A stretch of DNA of 32,000 nucleotides from Acidihalobacter ferrooxydans (GCF_001975725.1 NZ_CP019434.1:2775322-2807321); one strand, 5' to 3'; shown: positions 17,706 to 26,756, counted from the first letter of the stretch. The notes: generated from the sequence alone by a model not told the origin. Numbers and translations: made by a program.

Positions 17706-18436
17706 TCCACCTTGAGTGAAAACACAGGCACTTTGCGGCGCTCCTGCATCAAACCCAGTTCGCTGACCAGAGCAACGACCACCTTGTCTGTGACGCGCTG
17801 CATGTCGCCCCAGTTCATCCGCGCCTCGCCCAGCAACTCGCCGATGTTCGGCGGAGGATTGTGATCCTCTTCCATGATGATGTCTTCGAGCATACCCGGC
17901 TTCATCTCAGGGCGAAACAGGAGTCCGTAGGTATACGGTTCAGGATGGATAGCCAGCCAGTTGCCATCGTCGTCGACCAGAATCGGCTCCATCCCATCCG
18001 GCAGATCGACCGCCCCATGATGCAAGACGAACAGATCCAGTCCGTCCAGAGCCTCGGCCAGGGCATCACCCTCGCCGGCGGGCGTCTTGTGCGCGGTGAC
18101 AAAACCGGCCACGTACTCGGGCTCGGCTCGCGCCGTGCCACCGAGCGCTTCGGCGACTAGAAGCCCGCCCAATCCGATACCCGTGACCGGGCGCTGCGCC
18201 TTACGGAACAACTGAATGACGCGCAGCACGTCGTCATGATAATCCAGCTTCTCATCGTTCGGGGCGCAGGCACCGGCCAGCACGAACAGGCCGTCGAACT
18301 GCCCGACACTGGCTGGAAGCCCCTGATCGAGGAATGGGCGATGGTAGTCGAAACCGATATCACGGCGTTCAAGTTGCTTTTCGATCAGGCCCAGAAATTC
18401 CGAATAGGTATTCTGAACAACCATGTAATTCTTCAT
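17702..18436 (-). CDS. type 1 glutamine amidotransferase-like protein, apparently lacking the catalytic Cys and His
   Basis: The GATase1 layout is present, but PVTGIGLGGLLVAEALGG occupies the place of the P.LGIC.G.QL.A.ALGG nucleophile elbow. YGLLFRPEMKP occupies the place of the QFHPE motif. Confidence 0.75.
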   Translation of the reverse strand: MKNYMVVQNTYSEFLGLIEKQLERRDIGFDYHRPFLDQGLPASVGQFDGLFVLAGACAPNDEKLDYHDDVLRVIQLFRKAQRPVTGIGLGGLLVAEALGGTARAEPEYVAGFVTAHKTPAGEGDALAEALDGLDLFVLHHGAVDLPDGMEPILVDDDGNWLAIHPEPYTYGLLFRPEMKPGMLEDIIMEEDHNPPPNIGELLGEARMNWGDMQRVTDKVVVALVSELGLMQERRKVPVFSLKVE

Positions 18437-18592
18437 CCGACTCTCCTCGCAGACGGTTCAACATGCATTGGAATGAGACGCGATCCGTGAAAGCGGCGGC
18501 CCATCAAAACGGATAACGCGATAGCTCAAAGCATATGCCAGCGACTCATATCGCACGGTGCTATAGAACCCCTGCGTCAATAGGCTCTTTGC

Positions 18593-19507
18593 TCAATCCA
18601 CGCCTGTTGCGGCAGGAACATTGCAGTAACTGCGCGCAAACTCCAGCAACTCCTCCATGGCGCGCAGACGAAATTTCTGCCGCTGGCGAACAAACGAAAA
18701 TGGCCGGGTCAGCGGCGGATCGAGCGGGACGGCCGCCAGCAAGCCCAGACTGAGTTCTTTCGACAAAGAGGCGCGTGACAGGATACTCAAACCCATTCCC
18801 GCTTCCACAGCACCTTTGATCGATTCGGAACTGCCCAGTTCCAGACATTCGTTCATTTCGTTGCGGTCGATCCCCTGTCCGCGGAGATATTCGGTGACCA
18901 CCTCGCGCGTCCCGGAACCTTCCTCGCGGCAGATGAAGGCATACGCGGCAAGATCCTTGGCCGCGACGGACTGGCGCTGCGCCAAGGGATGATCGGCGGG
19001 TACGACCAGCACCATTTCGTCGTCCTGGCAGACCTCGACCAGCAGATTCTTGTTGGCCACCGGCGCCTCCACCACGCCGAGATCGATCACATTGTTCTCG
19101 ACCATCGATACAATGCCTTCGGTGTTGGATACTTTCAGGCGCAGATTAACATCAGGATGATTGGCCTTGAACGTGCCAAGCAACGACGGCAACATGTACT
19201 CGGCGATCGTCGTGCTTGCCCCGACAGTCAGTGCGCCGCTGACATCGCCGGTCAGTTCTTTGATCGCGTTTTCCATCTCGGCGTACAGTTCGAAAATGCG
19301 CTCCCCGAACTGGTATGCCACCTGCCCCGCCTCGGTCAGGCTGACACGATTATGCGTGCGGTCAAACAGGCGGGTATTGAAATGATCTTCCAACTGGCGG
19401 ATCTGGAAGGTCACTGCCGGCTGCGTCATATGCAGCGCATCGGCCGCCTTGGTGAAACTGAGCAACCTGGCGACGGTATAGAAAACTTGCAGTCTACGAT
19501 CTGCCAC
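18593..19507 (-). CDS. LysR-family transcriptional regulator
   Basis: The N-terminal HTH is LQVFYTVARLLSFTKAADALHMTQPAVTFQIRQLEDHFNTRLFDR, followed by a LysR substrate-binding domain. Length is 304 aa. Confidence 0.92.
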   Translation of the reverse strand: MADRRLQVFYTVARLLSFTKAADALHMTQPAVTFQIRQLEDHFNTRLFDRTHNRVSLTEAGQVAYQFGERIFELYAEMENAIKELTGDVSGALTVGASTTIAEYMLPSLLGTFKANHPDVNLRLKVSNTEGIVSMVENNVIDLGVVEAPVANKNLLVEVCQDDEMVLVVPADHPLAQRQSVAAKDLAAYAFICREEGSGTREVVTEYLRGQGIDRNEMNECLELGSSESIKGAVEAGMGLSILSRASLSKELSLGLLAAVPLDPPLTRPFSFVRQRQKFRLRAMEELLEFARSYCNVPAATGVD

Positions 19508-19805
19508 AGTAAAGACCTCGGGGAGTACTATCCAGGAGCCTGTCGAATCGGGGATATCGGCTGCTGTGAAGAGAAAATCGGGCCATTTTCCGGCCTTTTA
19601 GTTGCTCGGAGCCACCTTGCTCAAAGTTTGGACAACCGGCTTCCAGGTCCCGCTCGCCTCACCTGTCTTCGCCCCGAATAGAACAGGTTCCCGGCAAACT
19701 GATTGGGTCACGCGAGGCGCACGCGAATGCAGGCATACTATCAGTCCACCCTAATCCAGAAAACCATCTTATCCCCATAGATAATTCACCTATCGCGCAG
19801 GACAC

Positions 19806-20375
19806 ATGAAAAAAGCCTGGAAACAACTCGACCTCGACGGCGCCGGACTGCAAGCGCTGAACGCCCACTATACTCAGCAGATGCGTCGACGACCGGTGGC
19901 CTACGCAGCGATGCTGCTTTTCCCGCTTGGCGTCCATCGCTGGTATCTGCGCGAACCGCGCGGCGCCTTGGCATACCTCGGTTTGACCGCAGCCAGCATA
20001 GCCGGCGGCCTGGTGTTCGGACGCCCCGGTTTCGCCATCCCGGCGGTCATCGAACTGGCCTGGGCCATGTTCGATCTGTACTGGGTGGAACAGCGCGTCA
20101 TCGCGCTGAACAAACAATTGCGCATGCAGCAGTTCATGCGCCCTGGTACCGAACCGCCCAAAGATTATCGCGGGCGTTATTCCGACGATGAAGACGGGCT
20201 AGACGCATACCTGAAAGTCAAGGAACGTGAACGAGCCGGTCATCAACCCGCTGACCAGAGCGCAGACCCGCCCCAGAAAGTTCGCCCGAACATGCCTTCG
20301 TTCGCCGAGCAAGAAGCCATGCTGCGCGACCTCACCCGCAAAAACAAAGATCAGCGTAAAAACAAGCCAAAGTAA
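19806..20375 (+). CDS. TM2-domain-like membrane protein with a charged C-terminal tail
   Basis: AYAAMLLFPLGVHRWYL resembles the TM2 domain G.HRFYLG motif. There are 2-3 predicted TM helices, then a K/R/D/E-rich tail ending KNKDQRKNKPK. Confidence 0.6.
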   Translation: MKKAWKQLDLDGAGLQALNAHYTQQMRRRPVAYAAMLLFPLGVHRWYLREPRGALAYLGLTAASIAGGLVFGRPGFAIPAVIELAWAMFDLYWVEQRVIALNKQLRMQQFMRPGTEPPKDYRGRYSDDEDGLDAYLKVKERERAGHQPADQSADPPQKVRPNMPSFAEQEAMLRDLTRKNKDQRKNKPK

Positions 20376-20385
20376 TACGATCCGG

Positions 20386-20414
20386 GTGAGCGGGGATGAC
20401 GACTCCCCGCTCAC
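20386..20414 (+). terminator. perfect 11-bp stem hairpin downstream of the TM2 gene
   Basis: GTGAGCGGGGA tgacgac TCCCCGCTCAC starts 11 nt after the stop codon. No U-tract follows, so it is atypical for an intrinsic terminator. Confidence 0.4.
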
Positions 20415-20584
20415 GCATCAGTTCAACCCGGATGATCCATTAGAAGAGGCGCCCTTGCTTGATTTTTGACTCCACAGATTGATTCTTCGCACAGGCATCG
20501 CGCCGCGATGCCGCTCACTCGGAATATTCCCTGTGAACCCAAATCTCTGCGCACTCATCACCTCGCCTCATTGGATACCCGGGT

Positions 20585-23500
20585 TCAAACCGTCGCATCA
20601 GGATGCTTGCGATCCTCACGCCGCTGCCACAGGTAATACATCAAGGGGATCACCACCAGAGTCAGCATGGTCGAGGCGAACGTGCCGAAAATCAGTGATA
20701 TAGCCAAACCGCCGAACACCGGATCGCTGACCATGATTGCCGAGCCGAACATGATCGCCAGCGCGGTCAACAGAATCGGACGAAAACGCACCGCGCCAGC
20801 CTCCAGCACCGACTCCGCCAGCGAATAGCCTTCGCGGCGATATTCGAGAATAAAGTCGATCAACAGCAGCGAGTTACGCACCACGATACCTGCCAGAGCG
20901 ATGAAACCGATCATTGATGTGGCGTTGAACGGCATATGGAACAACCAGTGTCCGGGGAAAATGCCGATCAGGGTCAACGGAATCGCGCCCATTACGATAA
21001 CCGGCAGCATGAACGACTGGTAGTACGCGACCAGCAGCAGGTAAATGAAGACCAGAGCCACGATGAAGGCCGCACCCAGATCGCGGAACACATTCAGTGT
21101 CAGCCGCATGTCACCACCCCACAGCAACTGATAGTGGGTGATATCGTTCGGCTGTGCGCTCATGAAACCGAGATTCGACGTTGTCAGGTGCACCCCGTTG
21201 GGCAGCGTCACGTTGTCGAGCATCTTGTTCAGCGTCAGCGTGGCGTAGACGGGGCTGGCATTGAGCATATCGCCCATGACATAGACCACCGGATGCTGGT
21301 CGCGGGTCATGATCGGCTTGGCCACACTGGACGGCTCGATATGCACGATGCCGGCCAGCGAAACCTGCTTGCCCTGCCGGTTGGTGATCGTCAGATCCTG
21401 GATCTGTTGAATCCAGGCGCGGTCCGCCCGCTTGAGACGCACGACGATTTTGACCGGTTCCGGCGAATGCTGTTCACGCAGTGTGCCGATGTCGGCGCCG
21501 ACGACGTAGTCATGCACCAATTTGGCGACCTGCGCCGGAGCCACGCCGGCCAGCATGGCTTTGCGCTGATCGACGCGAATCAGATACTCCGGCGCCGTTG
21601 CGGTAACCGAATCATCGATATTGATGACGCCGTAGGCCTTGTGGAAATCCGCCTCGATAATTTTTGCCGTCGAGCGCAGTTTTGCGTAATTCGGCCCATA
21701 GAGTTCAGCCAGCACCTGCGCACGTACCGGCGGACCCGGCGGTGTCATGTACAGCTTGATATGCGCATGCGGGAAGGCCTTGCGTACCGGTTTGAGCGCG
21801 TTCCAGACGCCGGTCGCAACCACGCTGGTATGCGGTCGCCCATGACGGCCAACGATGTTGACGACGATCTGCGCCAGGTTTGAGCCACGACGCATCGCGT
21901 CGCCACGCACCATGCCGGCAAAACTCAACGGGCCGGTGCGACCGAGATAGGTTTCGTAATTCTTGACGTAACGATCTCGCGAGAGCACCTGACCGACCGC
22001 GAGGGCCACCCGGTTGGTTGCGTCCAGTGCCGTGCCGGCCGGCGTATCGACCTCGATGGTGAACGTGCTCACGTTGCCGTCGGGCAGCATCTGCAAATTC
22101 ACACCCAGCGGACTGATCGGCCCATTCATGCCAGAAGGACGAATAAACTGCCACAACGGCATCAGCATCGACAGCACCAGCAGCACGATGACCACGAGGA
22201 AGAACACGTTGCGCTTGCCGCGACCACGCAACAGCGGCCCCACGACCGCCACATAGCTGCGATGCAGCCAGTCCTTGGCCTGCGGCTCGTCTTCCAGTGT
22301 CTGCCGGTGGGCAATTGCCTTGAGCGCCTTGCCTTTGAGCCAGCGATAGGCGGTCCACGGCACCACGATGTAGGCCAGCACCAGGGACGCGATCATGGCC
22401 ACCGGCACATTGATCGGGATCGGGCGCATGAACGGCCCCATCATGCCGGAGACGAAGGCCATCGGCACGAAGGCCAGGATCACCGCGATGGTCGCGATGT
22501 TGGTCGGATTGCCGATTTCGTTGGTGGCATCGACCAGCAGGGCGCCGAAGTCCTTGCCGCCAGCGCCGTGATGCACATGGCGATGAATGTTCTCGATCAC
22601 CACGATGGCCGCGTCGACCATCAGACCGAGCGAAAGGATCAGAGCGAATAGCGAGATACGGTTGATCGTCTGCCCGATCATCCAGCCCACGCCCAGGACC
22701 ACGAACAAGGTCAGCGGCACGGTCATCGTGACGATGATCGCCTCGCGCCAACCCAGGAAAAACAGCAGGATAAATGACACCACCGCGATGGCAATGAGCA
22801 AATGCTCCATCAGCGTGTTGACCGCATCATTGGCCCGGCTGCCATAATCGCGCGTGACCGTGACATGCACACCCTGCGGCAAGGCATCGCGTTCGAGCTG
22901 ATGCAGCTTGCTCAGCACATTGTTGGCGACCGTCACGGCATTGGCACCCGCCCGCTTGCCGATCGCCAGCGTCACCGCCTGGCGCGGATCGCCGACCCGC
23001 ACGCCGGGCGTTGCCGGCCCATAGGTCAGGCTCGTGAATTGATTGTCATTCAACGGCCCTATGCTGACCGTGGCGACATCCTTCAGATACACCGGCTTGT
23101 GATTGGCCTGCCCGACGATCAGATCGCCCAACTGGCCGATCCCGCTGAATGCCGCGTTGACACGCAGCGCATACTGCTTGTTGCTGTTGACCAGATCGCC
23201 AGCCGGCATTACCACGTTGGAGGCCTTGAGCAACTTGATCACAGCGCTCATGCTCAGCCCGGCGTTCGCCAGCCGATGGGGATCGATGTTGATCCGCACG
23301 GCCTTGCGCTGACCACCGATCACCGTGCTGTTGCCAACGTCAGGCACGCTGCGCAGTTGTTCGAGAAAACGCTCGCCCAGTTCACGCAACTGCATGCCGT
23401 TGAGCGTGTTCGAACTCAGCGTCACGCCCAGCACCGGCACGTCGTTGATTCCGATGCTCTTGACCAGGGGCTGCATGGTGCCCGGTGGCAGCCGGTCCAT

Positions 23501-23881
23501 ATTGCGCGATAACTGGTTATAGAGCAGCAGCAGGCTCTGCTCCTCGTTGGCGCCAACGTGGAACTGCACGGTCACCACGCCCATGTCGTTGACCGCATAG
23601 CCGTAGGTGTGCTCCACGCCCTTGAGGCTCGCCATCAGCGCCTCCAGCGGGCGCACGACCTGGTTCTGTATTTCGCTCGGCGAATCGCCGGGCCGCATCA
23701 CGTAAATCGACGCCGCCGGCACCACGATTTCCGGGTTGTAAAGTCGCGGCGTCACGCTGATCGCCATCAGGCCGAACAGCGTCAGCGCCAGCATGATCAA
23801 CGCGGTGATCTTGGAACTCAGAAAGCTCTTGGCCAGCCGCCCAGCCAGATTGAGCGGCGTATTACCGTCCGCTGCGCTCAT
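20585..23881 (-). CDS. RND efflux transporter permease
   Basis: It is 1098 aa with AcrB/CzcA-family architecture and the TM4 motif LSLGLMVDAAIVVIEN. It overlaps the upstream MFP gene by 4 nt. Confidence 0.95.
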   Translation of the reverse strand: MSAADGNTPLNLAGRLAKSFLSSKITALIMLALTLFGLMAISVTPRLYNPEIVVPAASIYVMRPGDSPSEIQNQVVRPLEALMASLKGVEHTYGYAVNDMGVVTVQFHVGANEEQSLLLLYNQLSRNMDRLPPGTMQPLVKSIGINDVPVLGVTLSSNTLNGMQLRELGERFLEQLRSVPDVGNSTVIGGQRKAVRINIDPHRLANAGLSMSAVIKLLKASNVVMPAGDLVNSNKQYALRVNAAFSGIGQLGDLIVGQANHKPVYLKDVATVSIGPLNDNQFTSLTYGPATPGVRVGDPRQAVTLAIGKRAGANAVTVANNVLSKLHQLERDALPQGVHVTVTRDYGSRANDAVNTLMEHLLIAIAVVSFILLFFLGWREAIIVTMTVPLTLFVVLGVGWMIGQTINRISLFALILSLGLMVDAAIVVIENIHRHVHHGAGGKDFGALLVDATNEIGNPTNIATIAVILAFVPMAFVSGMMGPFMRPIPINVPVAMIASLVLAYIVVPWTAYRWLKGKALKAIAHRQTLEDEPQAKDWLHRSYVAVVGPLLRGRGKRNVFFLVVIVLLVLSMLMPLWQFIRPSGMNGPISPLGVNLQMLPDGNVSTFTIEVDTPAGTALDATNRVALAVGQVLSRDRYVKNYETYLGRTGPLSFAGMVRGDAMRRGSNLAQIVVNIVGRHGRPHTSVVATGVWNALKPVRKAFPHAHIKLYMTPPGPPVRAQVLAELYGPNYAKLRSTAKIIEADFHKAYGVINIDDSVTATAPEYLIRVDQRKAMLAGVAPAQVAKLVHDYVVGADIGTLREQHSPEPVKIVVRLKRADRAWIQQIQDLTITNRQGKQVSLAGIVHIEPSSVAKPIMTRDQHPVVYVMGDMLNASPVYATLTLNKMLDNVTLPNGVHLTTSNLGFMSAQPNDITHYQLLWGGDMRLTLNVFRDLGAAFIVALVFIYLLLVAYYQSFMLPVIVMGAIPLTLIGIFPGHWLFHMPFNATSMIGFIALAGIVVRNSLLLIDFILEYRREGYSLAESVLEAGAVRFRPILLTALAIMFGSAIMVSDPVFGGLAISLIFGTFASTMLTLVVIPLMYYLWQRREDRKHPDATV

Positions 23882-24969
23882 GCCCCGTCACCCTTGATCT
23901 TGACACCGTTGAACAGATCGCCCTGTGCGCTGGTCACAACGCGGTCACCCGCCACCAGACCTGCGAGCACAACCACCTTGTCGCCCATCTTTTCGCCCAG
24001 CCGCACCATATGGAATGCCGCCAGACCCTTCTTGCCGACGACGAACACCCCCTCGATGCCGGCGCGTCTGCGCACGGCTGACTCAGGCACGAGAATGCCC
24101 GACTGGTCGCCGAGGCTGACCCGCACGCGGGCATAGTCGCCACTGGTCGCGCCGCTGTTCTCCGGCAAGCCGATCTTGACGGTATGGGTGTGCGTCATCG
24201 GGTCGGCCGCACTGACCATGCGCTCGACGATACCCTGCACCGTATGCGGCTTGAAATCGGCGCCATCAAACGTCACCGGAATTGATTGCCCCAGATGCAG
24301 ATGACCGAAAGCCTGGCTATCGACCTGCACCTGCACCTGCATGTGCCCCGAACTCTGCAGCGTCAGCAGCGGTTGGCCGGGCGTCGCCAACTGTCCGGCA
24401 TCGATCATCTTGCTCACCACTACGCCCGCGAACGGGGCGCGCACATCGGAGTAACTCCATTGCGAATTCGCAGTACGCAGGGCCGACTGCGCAGAGGCGA
24501 GATTGCCCTTGGCGACCTTGTAGGCCAACTCGAATTGCTGAAACTGCTGTTCCGGAACCGCATTCTGCTGGTACAGCGCCTGATAGCGGTCATAGTTCGC
24601 CTTGGCCTCGGACAACGCCGCCTGCGCCTTGGCGACAGCCGCCTTGGCCTGCTGGATGGCATTGAACGCCTCGTTCGGGTCGATCCTGAGCAAAAGCGCG
24701 CCCTGCTTCACCTGCTGGCCCTCATGCACATACACTTTGCGCACGTAGCCTGTCAGGCGCGATGCAATCTGCACCTGATCCGAGGAAGACACACTGCCAG
24801 GGAACGTCGCATAGATCGGCAGCGATTGCGTGTTTAGAGTGACGACCTGCGCGTTGATTTGCGCGGTGGCACCCTGCGTCTTTGCCGTATCCGTCGAGGA
24901 ATGCCCGCAACCCGCCAACGCCACGGCCATGCCGGCCACCGTCAACCATCCGAATATCCGTTTCTGCAT
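23878..24969 (-). CDS. RND efflux periplasmic adaptor (MFP, HlyD-like) lipoprotein
   Basis: The lipoprotein signal is MQKRIFGWLTVAGMAVALAGCG. It has a biotinyl/lipoyl-like hairpin and coiled-coil segments (QAKAAVAKAQAALSEAKANYDRYQAL). ATG 24969 is preferred over TTG 25011. Confidence 0.9.
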   Translation of the reverse strand: MQKRIFGWLTVAGMAVALAGCGHSSTDTAKTQGATAQINAQVVTLNTQSLPIYATFPGSVSSSDQVQIASRLTGYVRKVYVHEGQQVKQGALLLRIDPNEAFNAIQQAKAAVAKAQAALSEAKANYDRYQALYQQNAVPEQQFQQFELAYKVAKGNLASAQSALRTANSQWSYSDVRAPFAGVVVSKMIDAGQLATPGQPLLTLQSSGHMQVQVQVDSQAFGHLHLGQSIPVTFDGADFKPHTVQGIVERMVSAADPMTHTHTVKIGLPENSGATSGDYARVRVSLGDQSGILVPESAVRRRAGIEGVFVVGKKGLAAFHMVRLGEKMGDKVVVLAGLVAGDRVVTSAQGDLFNGVKIKGDGA

Positions 24970-25007
24970 TGTTTTATCACCCAAACCTGAAAGATTGAAT
25001 GCGCACG

Positions 25008-26432
25008 TCAAGATGCGCGGGCGCTGATCGCATGCGGCGTCAGACGGCCAATACCCAGCAACAGGCCTGCTCGCTGCATGATTTCCTGATATTGAGCCTT
25101 CACCAGATCGCCTCGCGCCTTGTCCAGTTCTGCCTGTGTCGCCAACAGTTCCGTCATCGTCGCCACGCCTTTTTCGTAGCGCAGCCGTTCCAGCCGCAAC
25201 GCCTCTTTGGACTGCCTGATGGCCAACTTGCGTACCTGCACCCGCTCTTTCGCCAGACGCACGTCATGCCAGGCCGAATTGATCTTCAGTCGCAACTGGT
25301 CCTGCGCCGAGCGCAGTTTTGCCGTCTGCAGATTGGTTTTTGCCTGCGCCTGATCGAGCGCGCCGCTGCGCGCGCCGAAGTCGAACAGATTCCACGTCAG
25401 CACGCCGGCTACCGTGCTTGACGGACGCCCGCCAATGCCGAACGACGCATCATCCCACTGATGACTGACCACGATATTGAAGTGCGGCAGATAATCCGCC
25501 TGCGCCGCTTGCACACCGGCCTGGGCACCCTGCAACTGCAAACCGAGTGCGCGAATCCCCGGGTTGTCAACCAACGCTTCGCGCTGCAATTCAGCCAGCG
25601 ACGCATCCGGCACCTTCACGTGAAGAGCCTGCGCCACCTTGATCGGCTCGCTGTCCGGCAGCCCTGTCAGCACCCGCAGTTGTTCGATCGCCTTGGCCAG
25701 TTGCGCGCGCGCTTCGCTAGCACGCAATTTTGCGTTGCCCAGATTCAAATCGGCGCGCAACTGATCGTTGCGCGAAACCACGCCGCGCTTATACAGCTTA
25801 TTGGTAATCTGCACATAAGATTCAGCCGCCGCCTCGGCCTTGTTGGCAACACCGACAAACGCCTGCGCTGCCCGCACACCCTCGTAGGCCTGCAACACCT
25901 GTAGCGTCAGCTTCTGGCGCGCCGCCGTATCGCCGCTGCGCGCTGCGCTCAAATACGCCTGCGCCTTGTGCAGATAGGCCCAGACCTTCCCGCCGTTGTA
26001 GACCGGAATCTGCAACTGCACCTTGCTCTCGTAGTTTCGATACCAGCCCGGATCGTTCAGGTTGGCAGGCTTGTTGAACAACGATGCCGGGCCGGTGTAC
26101 CCACCCGCGCCAAAATCGTTATAGGTTGCGTTCCCCTGCTGCAACTTCATTCCGAACACATTCAAGCCGTTGTTCGACCCGCTACCGGTGAACGAAGCGT
26201 CCAGTTTCGGCAGCAGATGTCCCCGCGCCTCCTTGACAGCGCCGGTCGCCTCCGCCACCTGCGCCCTTGCTTTGAGCATTGCGGGCGTTTGCGCAAGCGC
26301 TGCCGCCCATGCCTGCTCGAAAGTCAATGTGCCGGCCGGAGCCTGAGCGGCGACCGCACTGCCGCCCCACAGACCCACCACCAGCAAACCGGCCACACTG
26401 AGTGTTCGAGAGTAATTCACTGCTATGCGCAT
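25008..26432 (-). CDS. TolC-family outer membrane efflux protein
   Basis: The signal peptide is MRIAVNYSRTLSVAGLLVVGLWGGSAVAAQA. Tandem OEP repeats with coiled-coil segments follow. It is the first gene of the OMF-MFP-RND operon. An alternative ATG at 26474 would add 14 aa. Confidence 0.9.
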   Translation of the reverse strand: MRIAVNYSRTLSVAGLLVVGLWGGSAVAAQAPAGTLTFEQAWAAALAQTPAMLKARAQVAEATGAVKEARGHLLPKLDASFTGSGSNNGLNVFGMKLQQGNATYNDFGAGGYTGPASLFNKPANLNDPGWYRNYESKVQLQIPVYNGGKVWAYLHKAQAYLSAARSGDTAARQKLTLQVLQAYEGVRAAQAFVGVANKAEAAAESYVQITNKLYKRGVVSRNDQLRADLNLGNAKLRASEARAQLAKAIEQLRVLTGLPDSEPIKVAQALHVKVPDASLAELQREALVDNPGIRALGLQLQGAQAGVQAAQADYLPHFNIVVSHQWDDASFGIGGRPSSTVAGVLTWNLFDFGARSGALDQAQAKTNLQTAKLRSAQDQLRLKINSAWHDVRLAKERVQVRKLAIRQSKEALRLERLRYEKGVATMTELLATQAELDKARGDLVKAQYQEIMQRAGLLLGIGRLTPHAISARAS

Positions 26433-26493
26433 ACATTCATTCCCGATAACTTGAACCCGGTACCCGTACTCCATCGCGGATCATCCGGGTTGG

Positions 26494-26525
26494 AAAAAAC
26501 ACCCGGCGCATACTGCCGCGCCGGG
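26494..26525 (-). terminator. orphan intrinsic terminator in the 5' leader of the efflux operon
   Basis: The - strand reads CCCGGCGC ggcaguau GCGCCGGG UG UUUUUU CC: a perfect 8-bp GC stem, an 8-nt loop and a 6-U tract. It lies 60-90 nt upstream of the OMF start codon. No - strand gene lies upstream of it. Confidence 0.65.
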
Positions 26526-26605
26526 CCGACACACAAGTGTACAACCCTGACCGACGGCGCGCAGACACGCAATTGGGAACGGCGAGGCTCCCATAACGGT
26601 TGCAT

Positions 26606-26635
26606 ATTAGAAATTAATTATATTCTTATAGTCAA
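26606..26635 (-). promoter_or_regulatory. candidate promoter for the efflux-operon leader
   Basis: On the - strand, in an AT-rich patch: TTGACT (26635-26630), 18-nt spacer, TCTAAT (26611-26606). The spacer is suboptimal, so this is weak. Confidence 0.3.
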
Positions 26636-26756
26636 GCTTTACCGCCACATCGCTGCTCTCGCTCATCGACAAACAATTTGTATCCACACGGAGTTTGCTA
26701 AACTTCCCCACTCACCGACCATCTGTTCACCCCTTGCTGCGGAGGCTGTTCAAGCC

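Noticed and set aside
26485-26598. A 37-codon Cys-rich upstream ORF (MGASPFPIACLRAVGQGCTLVCRPGAAVCAGCFFQPG) spanning the leader terminator of the efflux operon, as a possible leader peptide.
   Set aside because: No Shine-Dalgarno precedes its ATG, and the composition looks like a GC-rich random frame. I kept the RNA-level interpretation instead.
25968-26756. The 5' two-thirds of the 414-aa + strand track ORF (25968-27212), plus many other long ORFs antisense to confident genes. Examples: 21705-22751, 20936-21883, 22802-23512, 11414-12451, 12582-13385, 3214-4002, 4408-5112, 7986-8786, 13300-13890.
   Set aside because: These are typical shadow ORFs of GC-rich DNA. They are Arg/Ala/Pro/Gly-rich and low-complexity, lack SD sequences, and lie opposite genes with unmistakable family motifs. 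Only the last 456 nt of 25968-27212 (DUF4124, with a signal peptide and GGAGG) looks real.
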